From: a bacterium
GTDB taxonomy: Bacteria > UBA8248
Assembly (NCBI GenBank): GCA_965200245.1
Contig: CBDATS010000004.1
Location: 576,001 to 640,000 of the forward strand
DNA length: 64,000 bases
Reading direction: 5' to 3'
In this document: positions 62,447 through 64,000 of the stretch, in pieces
Position numbering within the stretch: the stretch's first letter is position 1
Layout of the letters: every line of letters starts with the position of its first letter
Notes under the pieces: model-generated
Seen by the model: the letters and a program-made list of their open reading frames with translations, nothing else
Told to the model about the DNA's origin: nothing
Databases searched by the model: none
Made by a program: the position numbers and the translations under genes

Positions 62447-63228
62447 CAGTTGCCTCCGTGATGGCGATGGGCTTCCTCGGGTTCGACAGGGAATATCTCC
62501 CCCTCCGGTCCGTGAACATGGTCGTGGCTGTGGGTGTAAATCGCCAGACTCTCCGCCTGTTTTCCGAACAAGGCGAGGTATTCGGGATGTTTGCTCACGG
62601 CTGTGGGATGTCCCGAGCAACAGATATGCCTGTTGAGGCATACCACGAGATCGGTGAACGCCATGACGAAGTGGAGGTCGTGCGAGATCATGATGACACC
62701 GCATCCCCTCTCGTCCCTGATTTTCGCAATCAGGCGGTAGAGTTCGCTCTGCCCGTTGATGTCCACGTTCTGGATGGGCTCGTCGAGAACGAGCAGATCG
62801 GGCTCGCGCAGCAGGGCGCGGACGAGTAGCACGCGCTGGCGTTCTCCTCCGGAGAGGCTCTGGACGGGATGATCCAGCAAGTTATCGGCACCGACTTCTT
62901 CGAGGCACTTCTCCATCTGCTCGGGCGAGGGTTTCTGGGTGAGACACAACAGCCTGCGCACGGTAAGCGGGAGCGAGGGGTCGACCTCGAAGACCTGGGG
63001 CAGGTAGCCGACCGAAAGGCCCTCTTTCCGGTGGATCAACCCCGAATCGGGCTTGATCAATCCGAGCAGCACGCGGATGAGCGTGGTCTTGCCTGCACCG
63101 TTCGGGCCGACGAGGGTAAGAATTTCACCGTACGAAATGTCGATGCCGACATTCTGGAGTATCGTGGACCCGCCGATACGAAGGTGGAGGTTCGCGGCGG
63201 AGATGAGAGAGCGCCGCGCGTCATTCAT
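62446..63228 (-). CDS. znuC: zinc ABC ATPase
   Basis: GPNGAGKT, LSGGE, ICCSGHP, His-rich tail. Confidence 0.92.
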   Translation of the reverse strand: MNDARRSLISAANLHLRIGGSTILQNVGIDISYGEILTLVGPNGAGKTTLIRVLLGLIKPDSGLIHRKEGLSVGYLPQVFEVDPSLPLTVRRLLCLTQKPSPEQMEKCLEEVGADNLLDHPVQSLSGGERQRVLLVRALLREPDLLVLDEPIQNVDINGQSELYRLIAKIRDERGCGVIMISHDLHFVMAFTDLVVCLNRHICCSGHPTAVSKHPEYLALFGKQAESLAIYTHSHDHVHGPEGEIFPVEPEEAHRHHGGN

Positions 63229-63709
63229 CGTCATGACACTCCAGGCACCTGCCGCTAACTTCCAGGATGGGCGTTTCCACCAGAAAACCCGCCCGGGTGG
63301 CACTTGCCTCGATAGCCTCGCCGATTTCCTCACCGTGCGTCTCAGCCACGTTTCCACAATCGCGGCAAATGAAGAACAGGGCATTGTGAGCGTCCGTCGA
63401 CATGGTACAGCCTATGAACGCGTTCATGCTCTCGATGCGGTGGATGAGGCCATTCTTCATGAGGAAATCAAGCGCCCGGTAGACCGTGGGCGGAGCTTTT
63501 CGTTTCCCGTTTACGTTCATGCGCTCAAGCACATCGTACGCGCCCATGGGCACATGGCTCTCCCAGACGATCTCCAGCACTCGACGCCTGAGCGACGTAA
63601 GTCTCGCTCCGCGATCCCTGCACAGCGCTTCGGCTTGTTCCAGCGCGCTCTCGATGCAAGCCTCGTGGTCGTGAGCCCTGCCTGGAAATTTCTTTCTTAT
63701 CGATGTCAT
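63221..63709 (-). CDS. zur: zinc uptake regulator (Fur family)
   Basis: PPTVYRALDFL, CRDCG, CLEC; znu context. Confidence 0.92.
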   Translation of the reverse strand: MTSIRKKFPGRAHDHEACIESALEQAEALCRDRGARLTSLRRRVLEIVWESHVPMGAYDVLERMNVNGKRKAPPTVYRALDFLMKNGLIHRIESMNAFIGCTMSTDAHNALFFICRDCGNVAETHGEEIGEAIEASATRAGFLVETPILEVSGRCLECHDDE

Positions 63710-63734
63710 CCAAAATTCCTTGACGAACGAAACA

Positions 63735-63757
63735 TTAACGTTATAATATAACAATTT
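63735..63757. promoter_or_regulatory. Zur box
   Basis: GTTATA-A-TATAAC palindrome (63740-63752) between divergent zur and znuA. Confidence 0.85.
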
Positions 63758-63800
63758 AGGGACAATTTCAATTCCATTTTTAACAGAAAGGGCCGTATTG

Positions 63801-64000
63801 ATGAAATATCTGTTGATCGCCGTGGTTCTCACGATGACGCTCGTTGTGCGCCTTTCGACCCCTGTCTCTGCGGCACCCCAGGTGGTGGTCTCCATAAAAC
63901 CGCTTCATTCGCTGGTCACGGGTGTCATGAAGGGAGTCGGCAAACCTTATTTGCTGATAAAAGGCGTCGCCTCGCCTCATACGTTTTCCCTCAAACCCTC
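63801..64000 (+). CDS. znuA: zinc ABC substrate-binding protein, 5' part
   Basis: Signal peptide followed by VVVSIKPLHSLV...ASPHTFSLKP. Confidence 0.9.
   Translation, partial: MKYLLIAVVLTMTLVVRLSTPVSAAPQVVVSIKPLHSLVTGVMKGVGKPYLLIKGVASPHTFSLKP

Overview
A GC-rich bacterial chromosomal window. It is dominated by catabolic and transport genes, including SDRs, acyl-CoA dehydrogenase, LLM monooxygenase, TPP enzyme, amidohydrolases, a molybdopterin oxidoreductase, phnCDE-like ABC, amtB-PII and znuABC/zur. It also holds tRNA-Val(TAC), tRNA-Glu(TTC) and a CxxU Rdx/SelW-like selenoprotein with a SECIS-like hairpin. Several decayed accessory patches are present: an IS256/hsdM/NHLP-RiPP island beside tRNA-Val, a DNA methylase with a mutated catalytic motif, and a frameshifted primase-helicase. 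The most unusual part is a 7.4-kb IS1-family cargo transposon (33468-40901, 26-bp TIRs, 8-bp TSD) near tRNA-Glu. Its BcgI-like SAM-dependent restriction-modification pair is flanked by a family of proteins with acidic, partly Ocr-like N-terminal domains. These domains are joined through a shared [LI]-L-x-E-[AS] motif to a phage SAM-lyase-like domain or to RelE/Gp49-like toxin domains, suggesting an undescribed restriction-linked conflict system. All family assignments are by-eye motif recognition; no database searches were run.
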